Positions 9,701 through 18,380 of a DNA stretch of 64,000 nucleotides are shown here, piece after piece. Source of the DNA: an uncultured Gemmatimonadales bacterium (lineage in GTDB: Bacteria; Gemmatimonadota; Gemmatimonadetes; Gemmatimonadales; JACORV01); contig CAWDZR010000031.1 in assembly GCA_963806755.1 (NCBI GenBank), forward strand, positions 1,385-65,384, in the 5' to 3' direction. The position numbers were made by a program, and so were the translations under genes. Position 1 is the first letter of the stretch, and each line of letters begins with the position of its first letter. The notes under the pieces were generated by a model. The model did not search any database. It saw only the letters and a program-made list of their open reading frames with translations, and was not told the origin of the DNA.

Positions 9701-10153
9701 GGGACCGACTTCTCGCGCAACAGCGACTACACGTCCACCTATCCCGACGGGCCGACCTTCTACGGCTCGCTGGTGGCGCTCCTCAACGAGACGTCGGCCT
9801 CGGACGGCGACATCTTCCCCTACATGTTCCGGCAGGCGGGCCTCGGCCCGCTGATCGGCAAGCGGTCGTGGGGCGGCGTGGTCGGCATCACCGACCACGG
9901 CCAGCTGATCGACGGCGGCCACGTCAACGTGCCGGAGTTCGGGCTGGCCGACACGACCGGCCGGTGGGTGGTCGAGGGCCACGGCGTGGACCCGGACATC
10001 GTCGTGGAGAACGATCCGGCGTCGCTGATCGCCGGCCGCGACCCGCAGCTCGAGCGCGGCGTGGCGGAGGTGCTGCGGCGGATGCAGGAGCACCCGCGCA
10101 CGCTGCCGGCGCGGCCCGCGCCGCCGGTGAAGGCGCCGGCCGGGATGCGGTAG
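6743..10153 (+). CDS. tricorn-type protease homolog (beta-propellers + PDZ + S41 peptidase domain)
   Basis: ORF track gives 6713..10153. [28 protein letters not shown]...[16 protein letters not shown] is the classic tricorn N-terminus, and the C-terminus has S41-like [13 protein letters not shown]. I prefer the in-frame GTG at 6743 because AAGGAG (6732-6737) sits 5 nt upstream. 6713 remains possible. Confidence 0.85.
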   Translation: [1136 protein letters not shown]

Positions 10154-10161
10154 CCGTGGAT

Positions 10162-10320
10162 GCGTGAGGAGTGAGACGTGAGAGGTGAGAAGGGTAAGTG
10201 AGAGGTGAGAGGTGGAAAGGCGTGAGAGGGTGGCACCCACCTCTCACGCCTTTCGACGTCTCACGTCTCACCCGTCCTTCTCACCTCTCACACCTCACCT
10301 GTCGTTCCCACCCCTCACGC
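10162..10320. repeat. Long inverted repeat built of GTGAG(A/G)N heptamer-like units (left arm) and CTCAC units (right arm); probable bidirectional terminator structure
   Basis: Fills the gap between the convergent stops at 10153 (+) and 10335 (-). A perfect 14-bp central stem pairs GAAAGGCGTGAGAG (10215-10228) with CTCTCACGCCTTTC (10241-10254). The outermost GCGTGAGG (10162-10169) is complementary to CCTCACGC (10313-10320). Confidence 0.85.
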
Positions 10321-10334
10321 CGGGCCCCGTGCAT

Positions 10335-11897
10335 TCACGGCGCGGCGTGGCTCGTCGAGCCGATGAACTGCGCGATGTTGGCCTTGAGCTGCGCCAACGC
10401 CGGCGGGTAGAGGTACATCATGTGGCCGGCGTCGTAGTACTTGAGGTCGATGTGGCCCCGGAGGTCCGGCCGCAGGCCCAGGTGGTCCATCGTGTACTCG
10501 GTCGCGAAGAACGGGGTGGCGAGATCGTCGTAGCCGTTCTCCGCCTGGATCCGCAGGTTCGGGTTGTAGCGCAGCGCCTGCGCGAGATCGCCGCCCACGT
10601 ACGGCGTCCCCCGCCAGCCGCCGTTGCGGCCGCCGCGGCTCCAGTCCCAGTGCACATCGCCGCCGGTGACGTAGCGCTGGTCGCCCCCGTACTTCAGGTC
10701 GTCGTGCGCGTACGCGTTCCAGGCCGCGGTGAAGGCGCCCGTGATGGCGTCCGACTGCGGGTCGCTGTACGCGTCCTCGGCCAGCAGGTCCGCCTCCGGG
10801 CCGCTGAACCGCGCGTCGAGGCGGCCGGTGATCAAGCCCCGCCGCCGCTGCAGCTCGGCCATGTACTGGCCGAGGTCGACCCGCAGGTCCGCCTTGCTCA
10901 GGTACGCGGTATCGAGGCCGGTGTACGCCGAGAGCCGGGTCAGCACGGCGGAGCGCTCGGCGGCGCCGAGCTGCGCGCCCTTTTCGAGCGCGAGGGTGTA
11001 CGGGCCGGCCGCGAACTGGCGCACCGTGTCGAGGAACGCCGGCAGGTTCGCGGGCTGCGGGATGACGTGGTGGTACGCCGCCACCGCCGCGTAGCTCGGC
11101 AGGTAGAGCACGTAGGAGATGTCGTGCCCCGGCGCGAAGTTCAGCGTCTCGAAGTCGAGCACCGTCGAGATCAGCACCACGCCGTTGAAGTCCATGCCCT
11201 CGTCGCCCTGCAGCCGGTTGACGAGCACCGCCGAGCGCGTGGTGCCGTAGCTCTCGCCGATCAGGTACTTGGGCGAGTTCCAGCGGCCGTTGCGGGTGAC
11301 GTACTGGCGGACGAATTGCGCCAGCGACTTCGCGTCCTCGTCGATGCCCCAGAAGTCCTTGCCCGTTCCCTTCCCCACCGGCTTGCTGAAGCCGGTGCCG
11401 ATGGGATCGATGAACACCATGTCGGTGACGTCGATCAGGCTGTTGGCGTTGTCCTCGACCTGGTAGGGCGGCGGGGGCGTGTGCTCGGCGTCGGTCGTGA
11501 CGACGCGCTTGGGGCCGAACGCGCCCATGTGCAGCCACAGCGACGCGGAGCCCGGGCCGCCGTTGTAGACGAACGACAGCGGGCGGGTGCTCGCGTCGTG
11601 CGTGTCGGTCCGGGTGTAGGCCGTGTAGTACAGCCGCCCGATCGGCGCGCCGGAGTCGCTCCGCAGAATCAGCGTGCCCGCGAGCGCGCGGTACGGGATC
11701 GTCTGCCCGTTGATGCGGATGGTGTGGAGCGTGACCGACGAATCCGGGACCGTGTCCGATGGCGACTCCGACTTCACGCTCGAGTCACCCGCCGCCTGCT
11801 CAGCCGCTTGCGGGGGACGCCGGGGCCGCTGGGCACGAGCCGACGGCGCCAGTGTGACCGCCGCGCACAGGATGGTAGCCAACGGAATCAGCCGCAT
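10335..11897 (-). CDS. serine carboxypeptidase (peptidase S10 family), secreted
   Basis: ORF track 10335..12095. I place the start at ATG 11897 (MRLIPLATILCAAVTLAPSARAQ signal peptide) because GAGGAGGAAGC lies just upstream. Motifs FVYNGGPGSASLW and IGESYGTTRSAVL (catalytic Ser) fit S10. Confidence 0.8.
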   Translation of the reverse strand: MRLIPLATILCAAVTLAPSARAQRPRRPPQAAEQAAGDSSVKSESPSDTVPDSSVTLHTIRINGQTIPYRALAGTLILRSDSGAPIGRLYYTAYTRTDTHDASTRPLSFVYNGGPGSASLWLHMGAFGPKRVVTTDAEHTPPPPYQVEDNANSLIDVTDMVFIDPIGTGFSKPVGKGTGKDFWGIDEDAKSLAQFVRQYVTRNGRWNSPKYLIGESYGTTRSAVLVNRLQGDEGMDFNGVVLISTVLDFETLNFAPGHDISYVLYLPSYAAVAAYHHVIPQPANLPAFLDTVRQFAAGPYTLALEKGAQLGAAERSAVLTRLSAYTGLDTAYLSKADLRVDLGQYMAELQRRRGLITGRLDARFSGPEADLLAEDAYSDPQSDAITGAFTAAWNAYAHDDLKYGGDQRYVTGGDVHWDWSRGGRNGGWRGTPYVGGDLAQALRYNPNLRIQAENGYDDLATPFFATEYTMDHLGLRPDLRGHIDLKYYDAGHMMYLYPPALAQLKANIAQFIGSTSHAAP

Positions 11898-12109
11898 GCT
11901 TCCTCCTCGGGAGGGCGCACGAAGCCGCTCGCGCGCCAATGACGTTGGATGAAGGCGAGCAATCTGCTCTGAATTGTCCGTTCCTGCCAGTTGACCTGTG
12001 CCCCGGCGCAGCCGACTGTTGCGGCAGGCAGGCTCCTCGCCCGCCGCCGACCCCGCACGCCAGCGCCGCCGAGCCGCCTCGCCCCGTCCCCCCAACAGGA
12101 GTGGCTAGG

Positions 12110-12625
12110 ATGAAGCTCAGCATCACCATCGCGGGCGTTGCCGCCCTGGCCGTGGCCGCCGCCTGCACGCAGCCGTCGCGCCCGCTCACCGAAGCGCAGC
12201 GCGCGGCCCTCGGCGACAGCCTGGACCAGGTCGCGAGCGGCATGTTCGCGACGATGGCCGCGCACCCCAACGTGGATACGGCGCTGACGTTTTACGTGAA
12301 GGGCGACGAGTTCGTCCACGCGGAATACGGCATGATCTATCCGTCGTACGACTCGTGGGTGAAGGCCATGCGCGCGGCCATGGGGTCGGTCAAGGCGGAT
12401 CAGTGCACGCTGAGCGGCAAGCGCCTCACGGTGCTCGACCGCGACGTCGTGGTGCTGACGGCGATGATCGGCTGCACGATGACCGATACCGCGAACAAGG
12501 TGACCCCGTTCCACGAAGCCTGGATGGCGGTGTACCACCGGACGAGCGACGGCTGGAAGATCGCGGCGGACCACGAGTCCACCGCGCCGCCGGCTCCGGC
12601 CCCGGCCCCGGCGCACAGGCGCTAG
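12110..12625 (+). CDS. SnoaL/NTF2-like (DUF4440-like) lipoprotein
   Basis: In-frame ATG 12110 gives MKLSITIAGVAALAVAAACTQ with a lipobox. The C-terminal ...FHEAWMAVYHRTSDGWKIAADHES resembles the NTF2-like fold. The call is tentative. Confidence 0.5.
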   Translation: MKLSITIAGVAALAVAAACTQPSRPLTEAQRAALGDSLDQVASGMFATMAAHPNVDTALTFYVKGDEFVHAEYGMIYPSYDSWVKAMRAAMGSVKADQCTLSGKRLTVLDRDVVVLTAMIGCTMTDTANKVTPFHEAWMAVYHRTSDGWKIAADHESTAPPAPAPAPAHRR

Positions 12626-15438
12626 GCGGTCACCGCCAGCACGCTCCCGGCGCCGAGCGCCAGGGGCGTGGAGAAGTCGAGGACCCGGTAGCCGTTGTCG
12701 TCCGACACGGTGCAGCCGACGTGTCGGCCGTCGAGGCGCGCCCCGAGCCGGCGGCCGGCGAGATTCAGCCGCAGGCGCCGGATCGCCATGGTACCCGTGC
12801 GGCACGACAGCTCGAAGCGGCGCGCGCTCTGGGTGAACTCGCCCCACGCCGTGGCCGAGACCCACGGCGCCCGCACCTCGGGGACGCGCATCACCGGCGC
12901 GACGGTCAGCTCGCCGCGCGGCGCGTCCACCTTGAAGCCGGTCGCCGCGAGCAGCGTCGTCCAGCTGCACATCGCCCGGTAGTAGTGGTCGCCGCACTCC
13001 TCGTGGTTCCAGATGCGGCCGGCCCGCGCGTACCGGTCCGCCACCGCGCGGACCACCGCCACGCCCTCCTCCACCAGCCCGAAGTCCATCAGCATCGAAG
13101 CGAAGGCGTACTCGATCCCCGTCCAGTTCCCCGACGCCTGCGGGTTCTCGAACGTGGGAAAGCGCGCCTGCGCACCGGCCGGGTACGACGCGTTGATCAG
13201 CCCCTGCTCCGGGGTGAAGTTGTGCGCCACCACGGCCCGGAGCGCGGCCACCACGCGCTCGCGCGGGAGGCTCTGCCCCAGCCCCATGAGCTGCGTGTAC
13301 CACTCCCCGCTCAGCTGGTCGCTCATGCAGCACTCGTCGCGCCGCGGACCGTCCACCCACAGGCTGTAGTACTCGCCGTTCCAGAGCTTCGCGTCGAAAG
13401 CGGCGGCGCCCTTGCGCAGCCACTCGCGCCACTGCGCCGCCGACGCCTGGTCGCCCATCTCGTCGGCCAGGCGGGCGCCGGCCTTGAGGCTCGCCAGCCA
13501 CAGGCTCGAGATGTAGGCCGGCGTGCCGAAGAAGTCCCAGTTGTCGTACGTGTTGAGCCGCGTGTCCTTGTCCGGCAGGCCGTCGCCGTCGGTGTCGAGG
13601 AGCGCGGTATTGGCGATCGCGCGCGAAACGTGCGGCCAGAGCGTCGTGAGGTAGTCGCGGTCGCCCCGCCACAACCAGTCGCGGCAGACCATGAGCACGA
13701 ACTGCGGGTTCATGTCCACCCGGTCGAACGAATTGTCCACGCGCGAGAAGTCGGGCGTGAAGAAGTGCGGCACGCGGCCGTCGGCGCGCTGGAACGCGGC
13801 GCTCATCTCGAGCTGCCGCTGCTGCAGCTCGGGGAACAGGGCGATGATGCTCCCGGAGCCCTGGTAGGACACGTCCATGGTCTGGAAGCCGCAGCAACCG
13901 AGCCCTTCCCACACCGCGAACTGCCCGTCGCGGTTCCACCAGGTGGACTTGACCAGGGTGGTGAGCTGCGCCGCCCACGCCTCGGCCAGCTCGGCGCCCA
14001 GGGTCGTGCCCGCGAGCGCCTGCGCGAAGGCGAACGTCGCCTCGCGGTGCTCGGCGTGGTTGGCGACGAGGAACCGGCTCACCGCCTCCGCGTCCGCGAA
14101 CCACTGCTCGTAGGCGTGGCCCAGGTCGGCGCCCGTGGGGCTCAGGTGATGGGGAAAGTGCCAGCCGAGGGTGAAGCGCACCTCGCGCTCCTCGCCGGGC
14201 GCCAGCTCCACGCTCGAGGCGAGCGCCGCGTCGCCCCAGCTCGCGCCCTTGCGACCGCGGCCGGCGAGCGCATCGAGCCAGCGGCGCGCGTGCACCAGGT
14301 AGCGGCCGAGGGCGGCGTCGCTCTCGACGCCCGCGCCCTCGACCCGCCGGTAGCGGTCGAACAGCGCCGCGAACGACGCGTAGCCGCGCAGCTGCCGCGC
14401 CGTCGCCTGCTTGTCGGCCGGCGGCAGCGCCGCGATCTGCTCGTCGGTGAGCTGCAGCAGTGCCGCAGGTGAGGGCTGCGGCGGCAGGCTCGGCAGCCGC
14501 CCGCCGTCGCGGAAGTCCTTGAGGAACGACGCGAAGATCCCGCCCCAGAAGCCGTTGCCCACGTACTGGCCGAAGTCGCCCGCGATCCAGCTCGCCTCGC
14601 CCCCGGTCACCGACAGGCCGAGGCTGCCGACGGTCGAGGGCTGCGGGAGGTCGGCGTCGGTGCGCATGGTGAGGTAGGTCGTCCCGCCGTCCTGCGCGAC
14701 GTCGAGCTTCAACTGCCGGTCCGCCGCGCCCCAGGCGAGCGGGTTCTGGAGCCTGGCCAGGAGCGCGACGCGCACCCGGCGCCGGGACGGGTTCTTCACG
14801 GTGAACACGGCGTTGAAGCCGGGTGTGCCGCTGGTGCGCGCGTCGTGCGGCACGACCGGCGAGAACAGCGTCGCGCTCACCGCGACCGGGAGCGTGCCGT
14901 CCACGTAGCGCAGGCGGACCGTGGGATACGCGGCGTCGTACTCGATGGCCTCGACGTTCTTGGCCCAGCTCAGCGAGTACAGGTCCTCCTGGTCGCCGCG
15001 GGTGCCGAGCCTCCGCACCCGGGGCGCGGCCCCTTCCTCCTCGGTGCGGACGAAGAACGCCAGCGCGCCCGGCCCCATGTCGGGCGGCGTGCCGAGCTGC
15101 ACGGGGCCGTCGGAGGCCCACGGCCCGAGGTTGAAGATCATCCACTCGTGGAAGTAGCCGTCGGCGCGCACCTCCACCGAGCCGGTGCCGATCCCGCCCA
15201 GCGGAACGCCGCTGATCGCGGTGGCAGGGTGGAGCGTCGGCCGGGCGGGGCTGGGCGTGACCGCGACGGGGCTCGGCGCCTGCGAGGCCGCGTCCACCGC
15301 CAGGCCGCCGTCCGCGGCGCCCGGCCTGCGGGCGCCCGCGCCCAGCACCACCGCCGCCGAGCCCAGCGCCACGTCCTGCACAAACCGGCGCCGGCTGGTC
15401 TGCCCGCGCCCCGTCTTGTCGTCCGCGTCGTCGCTCAT
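12622..15438 (-). CDS. GH116-family beta-glucosidase/glucosylceramidase-like glycoside hydrolase, Tat-signal
   Basis: ORF 12622..15450. ATG at 15438 is preceded by GGAGAC. Tat motif SRRRFVQDVALGSAAV. PLGGIGTGSVEVRADGYFHEWMIFN is typical of the GH116 N-domain. A large (alpha/alpha)6-like C-terminal part follows. Confidence 0.75.
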   Translation of the reverse strand: MSDDADDKTGRGQTSRRRFVQDVALGSAAVVLGAGARRPGAADGGLAVDAASQAPSPVAVTPSPARPTLHPATAISGVPLGGIGTGSVEVRADGYFHEWMIFNLGPWASDGPVQLGTPPDMGPGALAFFVRTEEEGAAPRVRRLGTRGDQEDLYSLSWAKNVEAIEYDAAYPTVRLRYVDGTLPVAVSATLFSPVVPHDARTSGTPGFNAVFTVKNPSRRRVRVALLARLQNPLAWGAADRQLKLDVAQDGGTTYLTMRTDADLPQPSTVGSLGLSVTGGEASWIAGDFGQYVGNGFWGGIFASFLKDFRDGGRLPSLPPQPSPAALLQLTDEQIAALPPADKQATARQLRGYASFAALFDRYRRVEGAGVESDAALGRYLVHARRWLDALAGRGRKGASWGDAALASSVELAPGEEREVRFTLGWHFPHHLSPTGADLGHAYEQWFADAEAVSRFLVANHAEHREATFAFAQALAGTTLGAELAEAWAAQLTTLVKSTWWNRDGQFAVWEGLGCCGFQTMDVSYQGSGSIIALFPELQQRQLEMSAAFQRADGRVPHFFTPDFSRVDNSFDRVDMNPQFVLMVCRDWLWRGDRDYLTTLWPHVSRAIANTALLDTDGDGLPDKDTRLNTYDNWDFFGTPAYISSLWLASLKAGARLADEMGDQASAAQWREWLRKGAAAFDAKLWNGEYYSLWVDGPRRDECCMSDQLSGEWYTQLMGLGQSLPRERVVAALRAVVAHNFTPEQGLINASYPAGAQARFPTFENPQASGNWTGIEYAFASMLMDFGLVEEGVAVVRAVADRYARAGRIWNHEECGDHYYRAMCSWTTLLAATGFKVDAPRGELTVAPVMRVPEVRAPWVSATAWGEFTQSARRFELSCRTGTMAIRRLRLNLAGRRLGARLDGRHVGCTVSDDNGYRVLDFSTPLALGAGSVLAVTA

Positions 15439-15465
15439 CGTCGTCTCCACGAGTCGTCCAACGGT

Positions 15466-16320
15466 CTACGTCGCGAAGGCCAGCACCAGAATACCCCCGA
15501 ACACCGCGATCGCGCCCGCCAGGCGCCGCGCGCCGAAGCGCTCGCCCAGCCACAGCCAGCCGGCCAGCGCCGCGATCACGACCCCGACCTCGCGCACCGC
15601 GCCCGCGTAGGCGAGCGGCGCCACGGCGTAGGCGCGCAGCACCAGCGTGTACGCCAGCAGCATCAGGGCGCCGGCCGCCACGATCCGCGCCGCCTGGCCC
15701 CCGAGCTCGGCGAGCACCGCCCGCGGGCCGTACCGGACCAGCATGGGCGGGCCCAGCAGCACCGCCCCCAGGAGCAGGACGGCGACCGTGTACGGCGCCG
15801 CCGGCGTGCGCCGCACGGCCACGCCGTCGATGAGCGAGTACACGGACGTGCACAGCGCCGCGCCGAAGCTGGCCGCGACGCCGCGGGCGCGGAACGCCGG
15901 TCCGCCCCACTTCCACCACGCGTCCCCGCCGCCGACCGGCACCAGGCCGCCGACCACGAGCGCCAGGCCGCCCACGCCGGCAAGCGATGGCACCTCGCCG
16001 AGCGCCAGCGCCGCCCACAGCGCCAGCAGGGCCGGCGCCGCGCCGCGCGCCAGCGGATACACCTGGGAGAAGTCCGCCTGCCCGTACGCGTAGGTCAGCA
16101 CGAGGTAGTAGAGACACTCGACCACGGCGCTCGCCGCCACGAACGGCCAGATCGCCCGCGGGACCGGCGCGCGGAGCAGCAGCGGCAGGAACAGCAGCGA
16201 GCCGGCGAGCAGCGCCAGCCAGGTGACGAGCAGCCGGTGCTCGGCGCGCTTGATCAGCAGGTTCCACGCGGCGTGCAGCGCGCCCGCCGCCAGCAGCAGG
16301 GCCAGGGCGGCGGCGCTCAC
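15466..16320 (-). CDS. DMT-superfamily (EamA-like) transporter
   Basis: About 10 TM segments with two EamA-like halves. The GTG start (16320-16318) overlaps the upstream TGA in GTGA. The upstream part of ORF 15466..18201 is out-of-frame read-through. Confidence 0.8.
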   Translation of the reverse strand: MSAAALALLLAAGALHAAWNLLIKRAEHRLLVTWLALLAGSLLFLPLLLRAPVPRAIWPFVAASAVVECLYYLVLTYAYGQADFSQVYPLARGAAPALLALWAALALGEVPSLAGVGGLALVVGGLVPVGGGDAWWKWGGPAFRARGVAASFGAALCTSVYSLIDGVAVRRTPAAPYTVAVLLLGAVLLGPPMLVRYGPRAVLAELGGQAARIVAAGALMLLAYTLVLRAYAVAPLAYAGAVREVGVVIAALAGWLWLGERFGARRLAGAIAVFGGILVLAFAT

Positions 16321-18380
16321 GGCGCCGCGTCGGCCTCCAGCGTCAGGACCTGGAACGGCTGCAGGTCGAAGGTCTGCGGCACGCCAGCCCGGAGCCGCAG
16401 CGGCATCTGCCCCCGGTCGGCGGCCCAGGGGCTCCGGGCGGCGTAGGTGCGCGGCGCCCCGTCGGGCAGCTCGAACGCGGTCGCGACGTCGAGCGTGAGC
16501 GACTGCGGCACCGCGGCGGGATTGCGGAGCGACAGGATACCGCGCCCGCCGCGCCAGGCCGCGTGCCCGTAGGCCGCGAGCGCCATCGGGTCGCCTCCCA
16601 CCCAGTGCGTGTCCACCAGCACGTCCGCGTTGCGGCGCGACCAGCTCGCGGCTTCCGCCAGCGTGTCCCAGTCGTGCGCGGCGAGCAGCGAGGGCGTGAC
16701 GTACATCTCCTGCAGCTGGGTGCCGGCCCCGAAGTACGCGTGCACCTCGTCCGCGAAATCGCCCTGCGGGTCGGTGTTCAGGTTGTGGGCGTGCTGCGCG
16801 TAGATGATTCCGTGCAGCATCAGCGAGTTGAGCGGGAACAGCGGGCCCGGCGCCACGATGCCGCGGTAGGTGTCGCCGTCGCGGTAGGTGATCCACCGCT
16901 GCCGGTCGGAGCCGACGCCGGCGAAGTCGTGGTCCTCGCCACCGCGCCAGATCGAATCCGCGTACCTCAGCCAGAACGGCGAAGGGAACGTGCCCGTGGT
17001 GAGGTTGACGAACAGGTCGGGCTTGACGGCCCTGAGCTCGCCGATGAGATGGATGGCGGCGTCGAAGTCGCTGTCGAACGCGCTGCCGGGAACGGCCTGG
17101 GCCGCGTTGCCCGTGCCGTCGAACTTGAACTGGTTGACGCCGTAGGTGCGGATCATGTCGAGGCACACGTCGCGGAAGCGCGCGTAGTACTTCGGGCCCG
17201 AGAGGGCGAAGCCGTCGGGGTTGGTCTCGAACCCCTGCGCGCGACCGTACTGCAGCCGCTCCTGCCGCGGCTGCCCGTACCCGCCCCACGGCGACATCCA
17301 CACCCCGGGCGCCGCACCGAACTTCGCCGTCTCGGTCCTGACCGGCGCGAAGCCGTCGGGAAACCCCGAGTTGAAGTGCCACAGCGTCTGGTGGTCGTCC
17401 CAGCCGTCGTCGAACAGGAACGAGTCGAGCGTCACGCCGCGCTTGACCTTCAGCTCGCCGCCGAACGCGTCGATCACCGCCAGGGCCGCCGCCTGGTCGT
17501 AGCTCGAGAAGTAGCCGATGTCGTACCACGAGTTGTAGTGCAGGAACGTGCGGTACGGGTGCGCCCGCTCGCGCTCGAGATAGGTGAGGAAGTCGCGCCG
17601 GAACTGGCCCGGCGTGGTCACCCCGACGACCGAGGAGTAGGCCGGCGCCGTGCCGGACCTCACCGGCAGCTCGCGGTCCAGCCAGGCCCGCGCGCGCCCG
17701 CCGTCGGAGGCGGCACCGGCGAGCGGATGCTCGAATCCGACGAACAGGTTGCCGGCCACCAGCGGCGAGCCGGTCACCGCGCCGTCCACGGTCGCGCCGG
17801 CGAGCGGCAGGTCCACCAGGGTGATGCGGCGCAGCGGCACGTCGGCGCCTGTGGTCTCGAGCGTGACCTCCTGCCTCACGTACGCCGAGCCGTCGCGCAG
17901 GATGCCGCGCCAGGTGACGCGTAGCGGCCCACCGGGGCCACCGTGGCCCCCGGGGCCGGCCGGGTCGGCCAGGACCACGCTGACCTGCCGCCCACCCATG
18001 CGCTCCACGAGGCGCGACGCGGAGGGATCCCCCGCCAGCAGCTCGACGCGTGGGGCGCCCGCCAGCCGCAGCTCGGAGGAGCGCAGCTCGCCGCCGCCGG
18101 CGAGCGCGAGCGTGAAGACGTCCGGTGACGGCGCGAGCGTCGAGCCGTTGCGGCGGTCCTCGAAGCGGACGGCGCGGAACGCGCCGCCGGCGGTGCTCCA
18201 CGCCGCGGCCACGTCGGCGTTGGCGAGCGACAGCTCGTCGCCCTGGATGGCGACGCGCGCCGCGCCGGGGCCGGCCTCCGCCGGCGGCGCACCGCGGCGC
18301 GGCGCGAAGACCCGGGGCAGCGTGACGGCGCCGGCGGACAGCAGCGCGGCGCGCTCGAGGAAATCGCGGCGGGTGATCAC
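16317..18380 (-). CDS. clan GH-D-like glycoside hydrolase (GH27/GH36 alpha-galactosidase superfamily), Tat-signal
   Basis: GTG 18380 gives VITRRDFLERAALLSAGAV (Tat). FLHYNSWYDIGYF...LDSFLFDDGWDD resembles the start of the GH-D (beta/alpha)8 barrel (NSW...DDGW). The family assignment is tentative. Confidence 0.5.
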   Translation of the reverse strand: MITRRDFLERAALLSAGAVTLPRVFAPRRGAPPAEAGPGAARVAIQGDELSLANADVAAAWSTAGGAFRAVRFEDRRNGSTLAPSPDVFTLALAGGGELRSSELRLAGAPRVELLAGDPSASRLVERMGGRQVSVVLADPAGPGGHGGPGGPLRVTWRGILRDGSAYVRQEVTLETTGADVPLRRITLVDLPLAGATVDGAVTGSPLVAGNLFVGFEHPLAGAASDGGRARAWLDRELPVRSGTAPAYSSVVGVTTPGQFRRDFLTYLERERAHPYRTFLHYNSWYDIGYFSSYDQAAALAVIDAFGGELKVKRGVTLDSFLFDDGWDDHQTLWHFNSGFPDGFAPVRTETAKFGAAPGVWMSPWGGYGQPRQERLQYGRAQGFETNPDGFALSGPKYYARFRDVCLDMIRTYGVNQFKFDGTGNAAQAVPGSAFDSDFDAAIHLIGELRAVKPDLFVNLTTGTFPSPFWLRYADSIWRGGEDHDFAGVGSDRQRWITYRDGDTYRGIVAPGPLFPLNSLMLHGIIYAQHAHNLNTDPQGDFADEVHAYFGAGTQLQEMYVTPSLLAAHDWDTLAEAASWSRRNADVLVDTHWVGGDPMALAAYGHAAWRGGRGILSLRNPAAVPQSLTLDVATAFELPDGAPRTYAARSPWAADRGQMPLRLRAGVPQTFDLQPFQVLTLEADAAP

